DNA of 38,241 nt. Origin: a virus (taxonomy: Duplodnaviria > Caudoviricetes). How positions within the stretch are numbered: position 1 is the first letter of the stretch; every line of letters begins with the position of its first letter. Both the position numbers and the translations under genes were made by a program. The notes beneath the pieces were generated by a model that was not told where the DNA came from, searched no databases, and saw only the letters and a list, made by a program, of their open reading frames with translations. Of this stretch, positions 9,897 through 18,974 are shown in pieces. The stretch spans positions 1 through 38,241 of IMG/VR virus record IMGVR_UViG_3300027785_000056; one strand, 5' to 3'.

Positions 9897-10988
9897 CTAT
9901 AGCATATCTAGAAGGTCGCTGAACTCTTTCAAATCATTGAGGGTCAAGAATGCTGCTTTTTCTTCAGGCACTTCACAGCATCCATCGACATGCTCTTCAT
10001 TAGCGCATGCTGTAGGTGCTTCTTCGGCAACTGCTTCTTCGGCTGCTGCTTCTTCGACAACCTCGGTTGCTTCTTCGGCTGCGACCACTTCTTCTTCAGC
10101 AACTACTTCTTCGGCAACTTCTTCAGATTTAACTTCTGTTTCAATTGCTGGAGCATCAATCGCTGCTTCATCTGCTTGTTTTTCTTCAATTACTGTGGCA
10201 TCAATTTTGACACCAATTTCAGCAATTACCAATTTGGCAATGCTCTTAACGAGCACTTCAAAATCTTGTTCAGTCATTTCATAATCCTTCGATTTGGTGT
10301 TTGTAACATTATCAATACCTTCTGATTTTTCACCAGAGGGTACAACTTCTTCACTATATTCTTGCACATTATCTTCTAGACCCATTGTCAGGAAGTTTTC
10401 TTGTTTTGCTTCTTCTAGTGGAAAATCATAAACCGCATCGCTAGGGAGCCATTCTTCATCAGTAAATGTCCACTCGCGGATGGCTGCTTCATCACCATTA
10501 ATTTCCATAATGGTTCCATAGATAATACCTTCTACATTGTCAACAGATACAGTCTGTCCTACAGAAAGTTCACTTGACTTTGTTTCCACAAGGCTGTAGA
10601 TGCTATCAATTTCAGACTTTGCAAGAAGTGGTGGTGCCTGTCGACCAGCGTCTTCATAATGTGAAGCCAAATGACGGTGAACTGCGTTGCGACCAGAATC
10701 ATCAAGTACTGTTCCACTGCGAGAGCCATTAAGTGCGGCAATTCCAGCAGCGAGAGCGCGGAAGTTTGCTGCTCCAGGAGTTCCGTCAGCAGCCACCATG
10801 TGATGGATAAAGCGATAAGAAGACTTAACTGTCTCGTCTGAGCCATTGTCAAGCCATGCATAGATGCGACGGAAATATGCGCGGGTTGATGGGCTATCTA
10901 CACGGCGCTCATTTACACCATTGTCCCATGAAGAAGTCATATCTACTTCTGTCGAATGGCTTGGTAGACCCACTTTTGCTTCACTCAT
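9897..10988 (-). CDS. Head morphogenesis / scaffold-like protein
   Basis: N-terminal domain duplicates the protease C-terminal domain; Glu/Ala-rich low-complexity tail. Confidence 0.6.
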   Translation of the reverse strand: MSEAKVGLPSHSTEVDMTSSWDNGVNERRVDSPSTRAYFRRIYAWLDNGSDETVKSSYRFIHHMVAADGTPGAANFRALAAGIAALNGSRSGTVLDDSGRNAVHRHLASHYEDAGRQAPPLLAKSEIDSIYSLVETKSSELSVGQTVSVDNVEGIIYGTIMEINGDEAAIREWTFTDEEWLPSDAVYDFPLEEAKQENFLTMGLEDNVQEYSEEVVPSGEKSEGIDNVTNTKSKDYEMTEQDFEVLVKSIAKLVIAEIGVKIDATVIEEKQADEAAIDAPAIETEVKSEEVAEEVVAEEEVVAAEEATEVVEEAAAEEAVAEEAPTACANEEHVDGCCEVPEEKAAFLTLNDLKEFSDLLDML

Positions 10989-12900
10989 GTGTTTGTTCCT
11001 TGGTTGTTAGCGGCTCATCAATCAAGCCTTTTTCCATCATTATTTCATCTACTGCAAAATCGCTTTTAAGTTCTGGCGGTGTTCTGCCAAAATCAATATA
11101 GTGACGCTTGTAGTGATTGTACATCTTCTGACGCTCTTCGCCTCGCAAACGAGTTCCACTACGCCCACCATTAAGCAGTGACATTGTGTTCATTAGCGCA
11201 GGCCAAGATGCTGCTCCAGGAGTTCCGTCAGCCCCAACAAAATGATGCACATAGGTATAATGCGTTTTCATTGTTCCGTCTGTTCCAGGAGTCTGGTATC
11301 CAAAAATCTTATCGTAGTAGGCCTTTGTGGCAGGAGATTTCATGCGGCGGAACTGAACAGTGTCTACCCAGTGTGAAGAATCGTCTACTGATGTTTTATG
11401 GATTGGAGATACATGACCTTTAAGTTCCAAAGAATGAATTGACTTTTCGTCTTCCATCTCATCTTCTTCATCATCCATTTCTTCCATATCAGGCTCTGAT
11501 TCAGGAGATGTCTCAATAAGTGTCTGGTCAATTACCCACAGTTTGCAAATTGCATCTGGAGCAATTTTGCCTTCTACAATATGGCAACCTTGTCCACCTT
11601 CGTAAAATACACAATTAGAGCACTTTAGGCCTTCTGCGACAAATGGATTTTCTTCTGCGTAATGAGCGCCATCTGCCATTGAAGACTGGTCAAACTTGCC
11701 AAACTCTCCGACAATCTCCACATAGTATTCGACCATTTCCACTTGACGCTCATTAAGGCCTTTTTCGGACACTTCATGAGGAGCCATAGGAACATCAGTT
11801 TCGTCTTCCATCTCGTCTGGCTCTTCTGGCATTGGCATTGGAGGGGCCATCTGCTTCATTGCTGGGCGTGGCTTGCGGATTGTACGAGCAGTTCTTGGCT
11901 GACGAGGAGTAATCCCAATACTTTGTGGTTCTCCAAAAGCACTAGGTGAGCCTTCTGGTGAATCAGTGAAGACATCTTTTTCTTCATCCCTAGCATTCAT
12001 TGCGGCTACAAGTTTATCTGACCACCTACGACCAGCATCTCCACCCCATAGTTTCCATGCGATGATTCCATTTCCTGGATATCCTTCTGCGCTTGGGTCA
12101 CTATTTTTAGGAAGAGACTGTTCGTTTTCATGACGAGGGAAGTAGCGAGCAATATGTCTTGCTTTTTCTGGAGATACTGTTGAGTTGGAAACGAGGTAAC
12201 TTGCGGTATTTTTGCCGACAGATGTTCCTCCACGACCATACTCTTTTGACCACTTCAGGCCAATTTCTGCTTGACTCTTTACGCCTTCAGGGATTGCAAA
12301 ACTAATATCTGAATAGCGAGAAACAAGTGCTTTTGATTCTTCGGTATCAGAAACTTCTTCGATGAAGTCATCAATGGTCTTAACATTGAGTGTGCGAGTA
12401 TGGGGGGCTGCACCAAAGATAACAGGACTATACTCATACAGTTCAAGTTCATTAATCTTGCGAATTCCAGTTTTTGAATCTGTTACAGACTTTGATTCTC
12501 CGACCGAGTAACCAATAGACCATTCTTGCTCAGGACCAAAGAATTGAACATCATGGAAAGCGTCACGACCGCGAGTTGTATTCAAGTTGAACTGCATACG
12601 CACAAGAAGCGCCCCAGCATTTTTGCCAATCAAGTCCATTGGGAGACGAGGGTCTCCAGGCATTAGTTCTTCTACGCGGAGAGTTTTTGCGACTGGGATA
12701 TTTGTGTCATGAGACCAAACACCCTTTGGGTTACGCTTTTTGAGCGTATTTTTATAGGCTCCTGGAACAATGATGTCGTTAACCGAGTCAACAATATTGG
12801 TTACAGAAACGATGGCTTCTGCCACACCCTCAATGGTGTCAACATTAATAACATCTGATACTTGTACTTGTTTATGTTCCAAAATGCCCTCCGCATGCAA
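10981..12900 (-). CDS. HK97-family prohead protease with extra domains
   Basis: DSVNDIIVPGAY, WSHD, EWSIGY and LYEYSPVIFGA protease motifs, then a WKLWGGD domain, a Cys-cluster domain and the duplicated C-terminal domain. Confidence 0.9.
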   Translation of the reverse strand: MHAEGILEHKQVQVSDVINVDTIEGVAEAIVSVTNIVDSVNDIIVPGAYKNTLKKRNPKGVWSHDTNIPVAKTLRVEELMPGDPRLPMDLIGKNAGALLVRMQFNLNTTRGRDAFHDVQFFGPEQEWSIGYSVGESKSVTDSKTGIRKINELELYEYSPVIFGAAPHTRTLNVKTIDDFIEEVSDTEESKALVSRYSDISFAIPEGVKSQAEIGLKWSKEYGRGGTSVGKNTASYLVSNSTVSPEKARHIARYFPRHENEQSLPKNSDPSAEGYPGNGIIAWKLWGGDAGRRWSDKLVAAMNARDEEKDVFTDSPEGSPSAFGEPQSIGITPRQPRTARTIRKPRPAMKQMAPPMPMPEEPDEMEDETDVPMAPHEVSEKGLNERQVEMVEYYVEIVGEFGKFDQSSMADGAHYAEENPFVAEGLKCSNCVFYEGGQGCHIVEGKIAPDAICKLWVIDQTLIETSPESEPDMEEMDDEEDEMEDEKSIHSLELKGHVSPIHKTSVDDSSHWVDTVQFRRMKSPATKAYYDKIFGYQTPGTDGTMKTHYTYVHHFVGADGTPGAASWPALMNTMSLLNGGRSGTRLRGEERQKMYNHYKRHYIDFGRTPPELKSDFAVDEIMMEKGLIDEPLTTKEQTHE

Positions 12901-12966
12901 TATAACTTATAAAACAACGCGATTGTTGTAGCGTAATCTTAGACTATACAAATATGTATAGATGAA

Positions 12967-15150
12967 CTATGAGAAGCGTAATGTGCAGCGACAGTTCACA
13001 ATTTCATCTGCGACACCATTGATGTCTCCAGGATATGAGATTGATTTGCCGTCAATGACGAATGACTCATCAATATCAATAATTGTGTTTTCAATTGATG
13101 TGTGATTATGGCGAGAACCATCGTCAGAAAGAGGAACCCAAGATTTTCTTGTAAATCCAGAATCCTTAGCGGCAATCATCATGCCACTATTGAAAGAACC
13201 AGACACTTCTGTTCTTGCAATCATTGCAATTCGTGATGCTGTTGAGAATGTAAGTCTTTCCTCAAGGTCTGAAATAAATTCGTTATGTGACTTGCTGGAA
13301 GATTTCTCTAGAACTGAATCAATGATTGATTTAGTTGTTTCATTGACAAGGGCCATTCTCATGCTTCTTTGTTCAATAATATCCAACACTTCTGGGTTAT
13401 TTTGATTTGCTGGGTTATTGATTGAACTCATACCAGAAATTTCAATAATTCCATCAATCACAGCAGATGTAATCCATGTATTGGCATCTTCAATAAATTG
13501 AGAATCCCATACTTCTTTATCAAATACTTCAGATGAAGAGATTTTTGCTTCGCTATCCCATTTATCTTTTACTTTGCGAGAAGAGGCTTTTTCCATGATG
13601 ACACGGCGCTGGCGCTTGAACATTGCACCCATCTGAAGAGCGACACTGCGCTCCATGCGCTGAATATGACGGTATCTACGCTCAGCAAGATTGTCTTCTT
13701 CTTTTGTCTCTGGGATATCAAACGCTAGTTGAGTTGAAGGAGATGCCTGCACGGCAATTGGAGCAGGTCCACTTGTCGAGTCTCTAGGGATATTGACATC
13801 GCTAGTAACTCCTTCGGAACTGTCACTTGGTTTTTTGGGAGGTCTGCCTGGCCTTTGGGCTGGATTTAGTCTTTGCCCAGTTCCATTAGCATCTGGACTT
13901 GCTTGTGCCGCTTCTGTGCTTGTTGAATCAACTTCAAGAACTACTGGAGAAAGGTTGGTTGGCACCAGAAGGTTATTAATTCCAACAGCATTGCGACCAG
14001 TAAGAATGCGATACTCATCAATTGAGATTGCACCCTGCTTTAGTTCCTCAAGGTGATATGCAGACCTCTCACGGTTGTCTCTATCAAGCGTAGCGACTGA
14101 AGAAAGGTCATGTGAGTAAAAGGTGCTTGGGTCATCATCTAGCCTGTCAAAAGCCCTCTCAATGAGTGTGATGTGGGGAAGCATTGTCTCACGCCAGAAA
14201 ATGTCTACTTCAACATCGGCATTAGCAAATGTTCGTCCAGCAGCATTGCCCAGAATCGCTTCAGGAACACCAAAGGCGATTAGGATTTCATCCTTGTTAA
14301 GTTGACGGGCTTCTGTATATTGAGCATCGCGCTGGCTAGTAGATGTATCAATCCATGTAGCGGCATCGGCAGACATCACTGTTGTGCGACCAGCGCCACC
14401 AATGTTGTTTCCAGTTGTACCCTGAAATCTGCGACTAATTTCTTCGGCTTCAACATCGCCCATTTCGCCATTAACAACAAGAATTCCGCCTGGACGGTTG
14501 TCATTGACCACGAAGTTGCGGTTATAAATCTTTGAATAGTAATCGTATTCAAGTGCAAGACCAGCAGACTCAAGTGGAGTTTGTCCCTTATATGGGTCCG
14601 TTGGGTGTGGAACTTTAATCCAGATAACTTGTTCGGGGGTAAGAATACGATTCTTTCCCTGTCCCATTTCGACTACATATCCAGTTACAAAATTAACTGG
14701 GTCTGGGATTGGGTATGTAATTGCTGGTGGCAAAAGATTAAAACTGATTACATCGCCAACTTTGTTCCTTACAACCTCTACAAATGCTCCCTTTTTTGAC
14801 AACAAGATTTGCTGTGAAAGCATAAATCTAAAGGTGAAAGCATCTTGATATTCATTTGCCTTGTGATTAAGCAAATGAATAATTGGAGTATGTGGGAGAA
14901 TCTCTCCGCTGCGAGGATTTTGCGAGCGAAGATTAATGCTCAATCTGGCGGCATTGGAGGCAATTGCGTATGCTGCCTTATAAGCCCATGTGACCTTTTC
15001 GAGAGCATCTTCAATGCCTCGGTCGACATCCCAGCCGTCCTTGTATGGCTTTCCTGACTGCGAATATCCATTAGTAGGAATATAGACAGAGCGCTTAGAT
15101 TCGAGAAAGCCATCAGATGTATGGCCAGAGAAAGAACTTAAAAATGGCAT
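12967..15150 (-). CDS. HK97-family portal fused to a Mu gpF-like minor head domain
   Basis: Portal motifs GQTPLE, PGGIL, ILIAFGVPEAILG and ISIDEYR; C-terminal RIAMIARTE...KSW...R.NH...YPGD...NCRC. Confidence 0.92.
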   Translation of the reverse strand: MPFLSSFSGHTSDGFLESKRSVYIPTNGYSQSGKPYKDGWDVDRGIEDALEKVTWAYKAAYAIASNAARLSINLRSQNPRSGEILPHTPIIHLLNHKANEYQDAFTFRFMLSQQILLSKKGAFVEVVRNKVGDVISFNLLPPAITYPIPDPVNFVTGYVVEMGQGKNRILTPEQVIWIKVPHPTDPYKGQTPLESAGLALEYDYYSKIYNRNFVVNDNRPGGILVVNGEMGDVEAEEISRRFQGTTGNNIGGAGRTTVMSADAATWIDTSTSQRDAQYTEARQLNKDEILIAFGVPEAILGNAAGRTFANADVEVDIFWRETMLPHITLIERAFDRLDDDPSTFYSHDLSSVATLDRDNRERSAYHLEELKQGAISIDEYRILTGRNAVGINNLLVPTNLSPVVLEVDSTSTEAAQASPDANGTGQRLNPAQRPGRPPKKPSDSSEGVTSDVNIPRDSTSGPAPIAVQASPSTQLAFDIPETKEEDNLAERRYRHIQRMERSVALQMGAMFKRQRRVIMEKASSRKVKDKWDSEAKISSSEVFDKEVWDSQFIEDANTWITSAVIDGIIEISGMSSINNPANQNNPEVLDIIEQRSMRMALVNETTKSIIDSVLEKSSSKSHNEFISDLEERLTFSTASRIAMIARTEVSGSFNSGMMIAAKDSGFTRKSWVPLSDDGSRHNHTSIENTIIDIDESFVIDGKSISYPGDINGVADEIVNCRCTLRFS

Positions 15151-15153
15151 TCA

Positions 15154-15435
15154 CTAACCTTTGTTGTCGTAGCCGAATAGTAGCGCAATAATTAACAATA
15201 CTGCCGAAAGGCACAAAAAGCCGATAGCCTCGTTAATTAAAAATCCACCCAATGCCAGAAATGAACATCCGCCAAACAGGCAAGAGAGTGCAATATTTGC
15301 TCTCCATCTTCCTGTAACTACTTTTGGTGACACTGCACCAATAATCATAAATACCAGACATGGTATAATATACAATAAATTAATCTTTGTTTCCATATGT
15401 TCTTTCACTTTTATTTCTAGTGAAATGGAAACCAA
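15154..15435 (-). CDS. Small membrane protein (start may be 15399)
   Basis: Three hydrophobic segments; lies immediately before the portal. Confidence 0.7.
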   Translation of the reverse strand: MVSISLEIKVKEHMETKINLLYIIPCLVFMIIGAVSPKVVTGRWRANIALSCLFGGCSFLALGGFLINEAIGFLCLSAVLLIIALLFGYDNKG

Positions 15436-15464
15436 CTAGTACGCATTGAACTAGTTGGTTTCCA
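15426..15464 (-). terminator. Perfect 15-bp inverted repeat, probable terminator downstream of ssb
   Basis: TGGAAACCAACTAGT-9 nt-ACTAGTTGGTTTCCA. Confidence 0.7.
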
Positions 15465-15558
15465 CTCACCGAGATAGTTCACCTCCTAGCCATTGCTATA
15501 CCGTTTAACGGGTTAATGCAACAGTAAAAGGCTTTCACTGCCTAGGAAGAGTAATCTC

Positions 15559-15990
15559 CTAGAAAGGCTCTTCTTGGTCGTCCCATACTGGTTGCTTTGG
15601 TGCTTCTGAACGAGAATAGTTCCCGTTAGATTCATTCTTAACAATTTCAGGGACAGTTGCAAGGCGAAGTGATACTCCGATATCTTCGGCAACAACAACG
15701 ATTTTATTTCGCTTATCGCCATTCTTGTCTTGCCATGACTCTTGCTTCAGACGACCAACCACTACTACGCGGTTACCCTTCTTTAGCGACTTGGTTGTAT
15801 TTTTACCAAGTTCTGACCATGCTGTGACATCAAAGTAGGAAGTTTCTTCTTCCCACTCATCATTCTTATTTTTCCAACGGCGGGAAGAGGCTACGGAGAA
15901 ACTTGTGATTGCTCCACCATTTCCTGTTGCCCGCTCTTCTGGGTCTCTTGTCAAGTTACCTACGATGGTAACGCTTGTTCCGTTGCTCAC
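15559..15990 (-). CDS. ssb: Single-stranded DNA-binding protein
   Basis: VTIVGNLTRDPE...KGNRVVVVGRLKQ, acidic DDQEEPF tail. Confidence 0.95.
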   Translation of the reverse strand: MSNGTSVTIVGNLTRDPEERATGNGGAITSFSVASSRRWKNKNDEWEEETSYFDVTAWSELGKNTTKSLKKGNRVVVVGRLKQESWQDKNGDKRNKIVVVAEDIGVSLRLATVPEIVKNESNGNYSRSEAPKQPVWDDQEEPF

Positions 15991-15999
15991 TTTGTTCTC

Positions 16000-16545
16000 C
16001 TAGTGGCTAGATGTGCTTGTGCTGTTTTGTTTTAATTGCAGTAAAAACCAGTCATGTATCCACATGATTGCTATTACTGAGTATCCAACAATATCAAGCC
16101 AAGTATCTTTGATTGGTTCAAAGAGGACTGGGCCATCATGATGTTGAAGATTTTTAAGGCGCTCGATTTTGTCGTTCAGCCTGATTACGATTCCTGGAAG
16201 TGCAAACCTAGCAATATTCTCTTGACCATACATTTTTTGCTTGGCTACAAGGGTATCGAAGATTTCATTAACAGCAATCCTTGTATTGGTTGCTGCTACT
16301 ATAGCATAACCATGCATAGCATATGCGGCAATACTGCTAATAAGTTCTTCAATGCTTTCTGAATCTTTTTCATTATTGGTGAAAATTTCTTCTACCAATT
16401 CATCAAACTGAGAAGAGATAACATCAAAGCAGTGTTCAATACCAGAGCAATCAGCGACTGCTGTTGATTTTGCAAGGTCAAAAGTTGAATCGATAACCAT
16501 CGAAGCCGCTGTTTGCCAATTTCTGGGATTAGGTACTGTACTCAT
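16000..16545 (-). CDS. Nucleotide-modification-associated domain 1 (Nmad1/DUF1599-like) protein
   Basis: KQKMYG...IRLNDKIERLKNL...EPIKDTWLDIVGY motif. Confidence 0.75.
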   Translation of the reverse strand: MSTVPNPRNWQTAASMVIDSTFDLAKSTAVADCSGIEHCFDVISSQFDELVEEIFTNNEKDSESIEELISSIAAYAMHGYAIVAATNTRIAVNEIFDTLVAKQKMYGQENIARFALPGIVIRLNDKIERLKNLQHHDGPVLFEPIKDTWLDIVGYSVIAIMWIHDWFLLQLKQNSTSTSSH

Positions 16546-17315
16546 AGAAGGCTTTTGTTAGCCACGGGAGCAAGTATAGCAGTTTTTGACTTGCGCTGCT
16601 CCCATTCAAAGATTCTCCTAAGGGACAAAAATGTATGAAATACATCATCATCAATTTTCAATGGCTGAAAAGCCCACTTGTCTGGACGAAGCCATAGTGC
16701 TGCTCCTGCATCAATGCGGGGCATTTCGATTTCTTCATTCTCATCATTAAACATGACATCTGCGCGAGCATAAGCAGCCAACTGCATTGCTACTTTTGAA
16801 GAGATTCCAGAGCGAGTTGTCTTAAAGTCGATAATGTAGTTCTTATCTTTAATTTTACAAATAGCATCAAAGGAACCTGCATATAGGTGGGTTACCGAAA
16901 AGATTGGGCGCTCGATAAATAGCCACTCAGGTTCAAATCTGTCACAAAACTGATAGAAGCCATCTACATATGGCATTAGGTCTTCTTCTACTTCAAACAA
17001 TGGGTCGTTGATGAGGTCCTCAAGAACCTTATGGACCCTATCTCCCATGTCAGCCGCTTTGCTAAGTTCCCTATCGGGAGCGCCCTTCAGCCACTCAATA
17101 GCACGAGTCTTAGACTTTGCCGCTACTTCATTCACATAATCAAGATTCTCTACTGCTGACATCGCCGTAATTTTGCTATTCCACTTGCGGAGGTAGGGAG
17201 CAGGCATCATGTCTAATACAGATGTGACGCTAGGCACTTTAAGATTCTTTTGTGTCGGGTGCTTGTAGAACCTTCGACCGTCAATGCTGACTGTTTCAAT
17301 TTTTGGTGTTGTCAT
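16542..17315 (-). CDS. PD-(D/E)XK exonuclease (Cas4/RecB-like)
   Basis: PSVTSVL, GDRVH, E..., YAGSFD, IIDFKT and QLAAY motifs. Confidence 0.9.
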   Translation of the reverse strand: MTTPKIETVSIDGRRFYKHPTQKNLKVPSVTSVLDMMPAPYLRKWNSKITAMSAVENLDYVNEVAAKSKTRAIEWLKGAPDRELSKAADMGDRVHKVLEDLINDPLFEVEEDLMPYVDGFYQFCDRFEPEWLFIERPIFSVTHLYAGSFDAICKIKDKNYIIDFKTTRSGISSKVAMQLAAYARADVMFNDENEEIEMPRIDAGAALWLRPDKWAFQPLKIDDDVFHTFLSLRRIFEWEQRKSKTAILAPVANKSLL

Positions 17316-17530
17316 TGTAATATTCCTTTGTGTTTAACTATTGACCAATCAGTGCTATAGACATAATGAGTACTTGATGTACCAATATACAGGCTTCTGC
17401 CCATATCTAATACATAATATTCCCATGTTGGGTAAGCAACATCCATAGTTTTTTTATCTAATGGACCGCCCGAAAGCGTAATTTCAATACTTGTTATTTT
17501 TTTTTCTTTATTAGATTTTGGTCTAACCAT
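17312..17530 (-). CDS. Hypothetical protein
   Basis: 72 aa; LSGGPLD motif; coupled to neighbours. Confidence 0.65.
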   Translation of the reverse strand: MVRPKSNKEKKITSIEITLSGGPLDKKTMDVAYPTWEYYVLDMGRSLYIGTSSTHYVYSTDWSIVKHKGILQ

Positions 17531-17532
17531 TA

Positions 17533-17742
17533 TTATTTATGTAGGTGCCAGTCAATATGACCGTCAAGCCTTTCAGACACAGAGTCTAGGCCTTCAACTA
17601 CATTATCCAACTTCTTCATTACTTGACCGTGGTCTTCACGGTTTTCCTTGTGCATTTTCTTAAATGTGGAAATCATTGCGATTCCGATTCCACTAATCCC
17701 TGTTATGAGTGAGGCAATTACCACCGACCATGCGTCATTCAT
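17533..17742 (-). CDS. Small membrane protein, holin-like
   Basis: N-terminal TM segment plus coiled coil ending RLDGHIDWH. Confidence 0.6.
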   Translation of the reverse strand: MNDAWSVVIASLITGISGIGIAMISTFKKMHKENREDHGQVMKKLDNVVEGLDSVSERLDGHIDWHLHK

Positions 17743-17758
17743 ATTACAGCCCTATTCG

Positions 17759-18088
17759 TTAATCAGTTGCTTTGAGTAGATTATCGAACGCTATACGCAG
17801 TTCTTCGGTAAGAGCGAGTATCCTTTTAAGGCCTTCAGCATGAAGAGTTACTGTTTCTGAATCCGAATCAATTACAAAAAGGGCGATTTCGTCATTAAGT
17901 GTCTTTAGTGCAGTTTGAGCACTTTTGGAATTTGTGTTGATTTGTTTAACTACTGCATCAAGATTCCTGCGATTAACGGAAGCAAATGGGTTAACAATTG
18001 TTTCGGCTGTATCTTTACCAGTCATCATTTTTCCTGGAATACTGAAAGGAGTATTCTCGTAATCCATGCCAGATATATTTTTCATCAT
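17759..18088 (-). CDS. Hypothetical protein
   Basis: 109 aa helical ORF. Confidence 0.65.
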   Translation of the reverse strand: MMKNISGMDYENTPFSIPGKMMTGKDTAETIVNPFASVNRRNLDAVVKQINTNSKSAQTALKTLNDEIALFVIDSDSETVTLHAEGLKRILALTEELRIAFDNLLKATD

Positions 18089-18099
18089 AATATTTAGTC

Positions 18100-18627
18100 C
18101 TAACTAAAAGGATTTCCTTCTGCCCATGCTACTAGCGCCCATCGTTCACCAGAAGTTACTGGAGAAACCTCATAAAGAGTCCATGATGGCCACACAACAG
18201 CAATTCCGCGTTCTGGAGTTATAGCAATACTATCTGCTCCAGTATGCAAAAACACATCACATCCAGAATAATCATCTTTTTCTGACAACTGAATTGTCAT
18301 AAAGAGTTTTCTGCGGTTTTTACCTGCTGACCAATCTGTATGCGCTTCTTCGTAGTCGCCATCCCTATAACGAATTATTTCAATAAATATATTGGTGTAG
18401 TAGAAATGAAGATAGTTTCCAACAACAAACACTTTTCTAATATGCTCATAGAGACCAGAAAACTTATTTTCGTCTATAGCAAATTTACGAGTCAAATTAT
18501 TTGACTTATATGATTCTTGAGACTGAAGGGCAAGGGATATGATTTGTTCACATTCTTCCGATGTGAATACAGATATCTCGCTTGCTATTCCTACTAAATT
18601 GGGATTTTTTCTGTGTGTATGATGCAT
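18100..18627 (-). CDS. 2OG-Fe(II) oxygenase (PKHD-type), distal His replaced by Tyr
   Basis: FTSEECEQII, HTD, RKL..IQLS...Y.G and VSPVTSGERWALVAW motifs. Confidence 0.85.
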   Translation of the reverse strand: MHHTHRKNPNLVGIASEISVFTSEECEQIISLALQSQESYKSNNLTRKFAIDENKFSGLYEHIRKVFVVGNYLHFYYTNIFIEIIRYRDGDYEEAHTDWSAGKNRRKLFMTIQLSEKDDYSGCDVFLHTGADSIAITPERGIAVVWPSWTLYEVSPVTSGERWALVAWAEGNPFS

Positions 18628-18974
18628 ATTGTTGGTATCGGTTCTGTTGTAAACCAGAGCATTGGAAGTCCTTCAAATGCTGCTAGTTGTGGTGCTTTAT
18701 TAGAATGCTCGTCTAGTAAATCTAAGTCAATACTGGCAATATAAAAGTGGTCGTAATCACCGATTACTGGTATTTTATGAGTTTCTCCATTGAGTTCCAT
18801 CTCAACAGTTTCATCAAAAATCTTAAATGTTCCTGCTTTTTTACCAGCATCACACGCATCTTCCTTTTCAACAAAGATTGCTATTCCTGAATCACCATAT
18901 TTTTTATAGATGCCACTTTCTATAACGGCATCATATTCCCATACTGGTACATGAACGAATCCATAGTTTGTCAC
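18594..18974 (-). CDS. Hypothetical protein
   Basis: 126 aa ORF overlapping its neighbours. Confidence 0.6.
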   Translation of the reverse strand: MTNYGFVHVPVWEYDAVIESGIYKKYGDSGIAIFVEKEDACDAGKKAGTFKIFDETVEMELNGETHKIPVIGDYDHFYIASIDLDLLDEHSNKAPQLAAFEGLPMLWFTTEPIPTICIIHTEKIPI

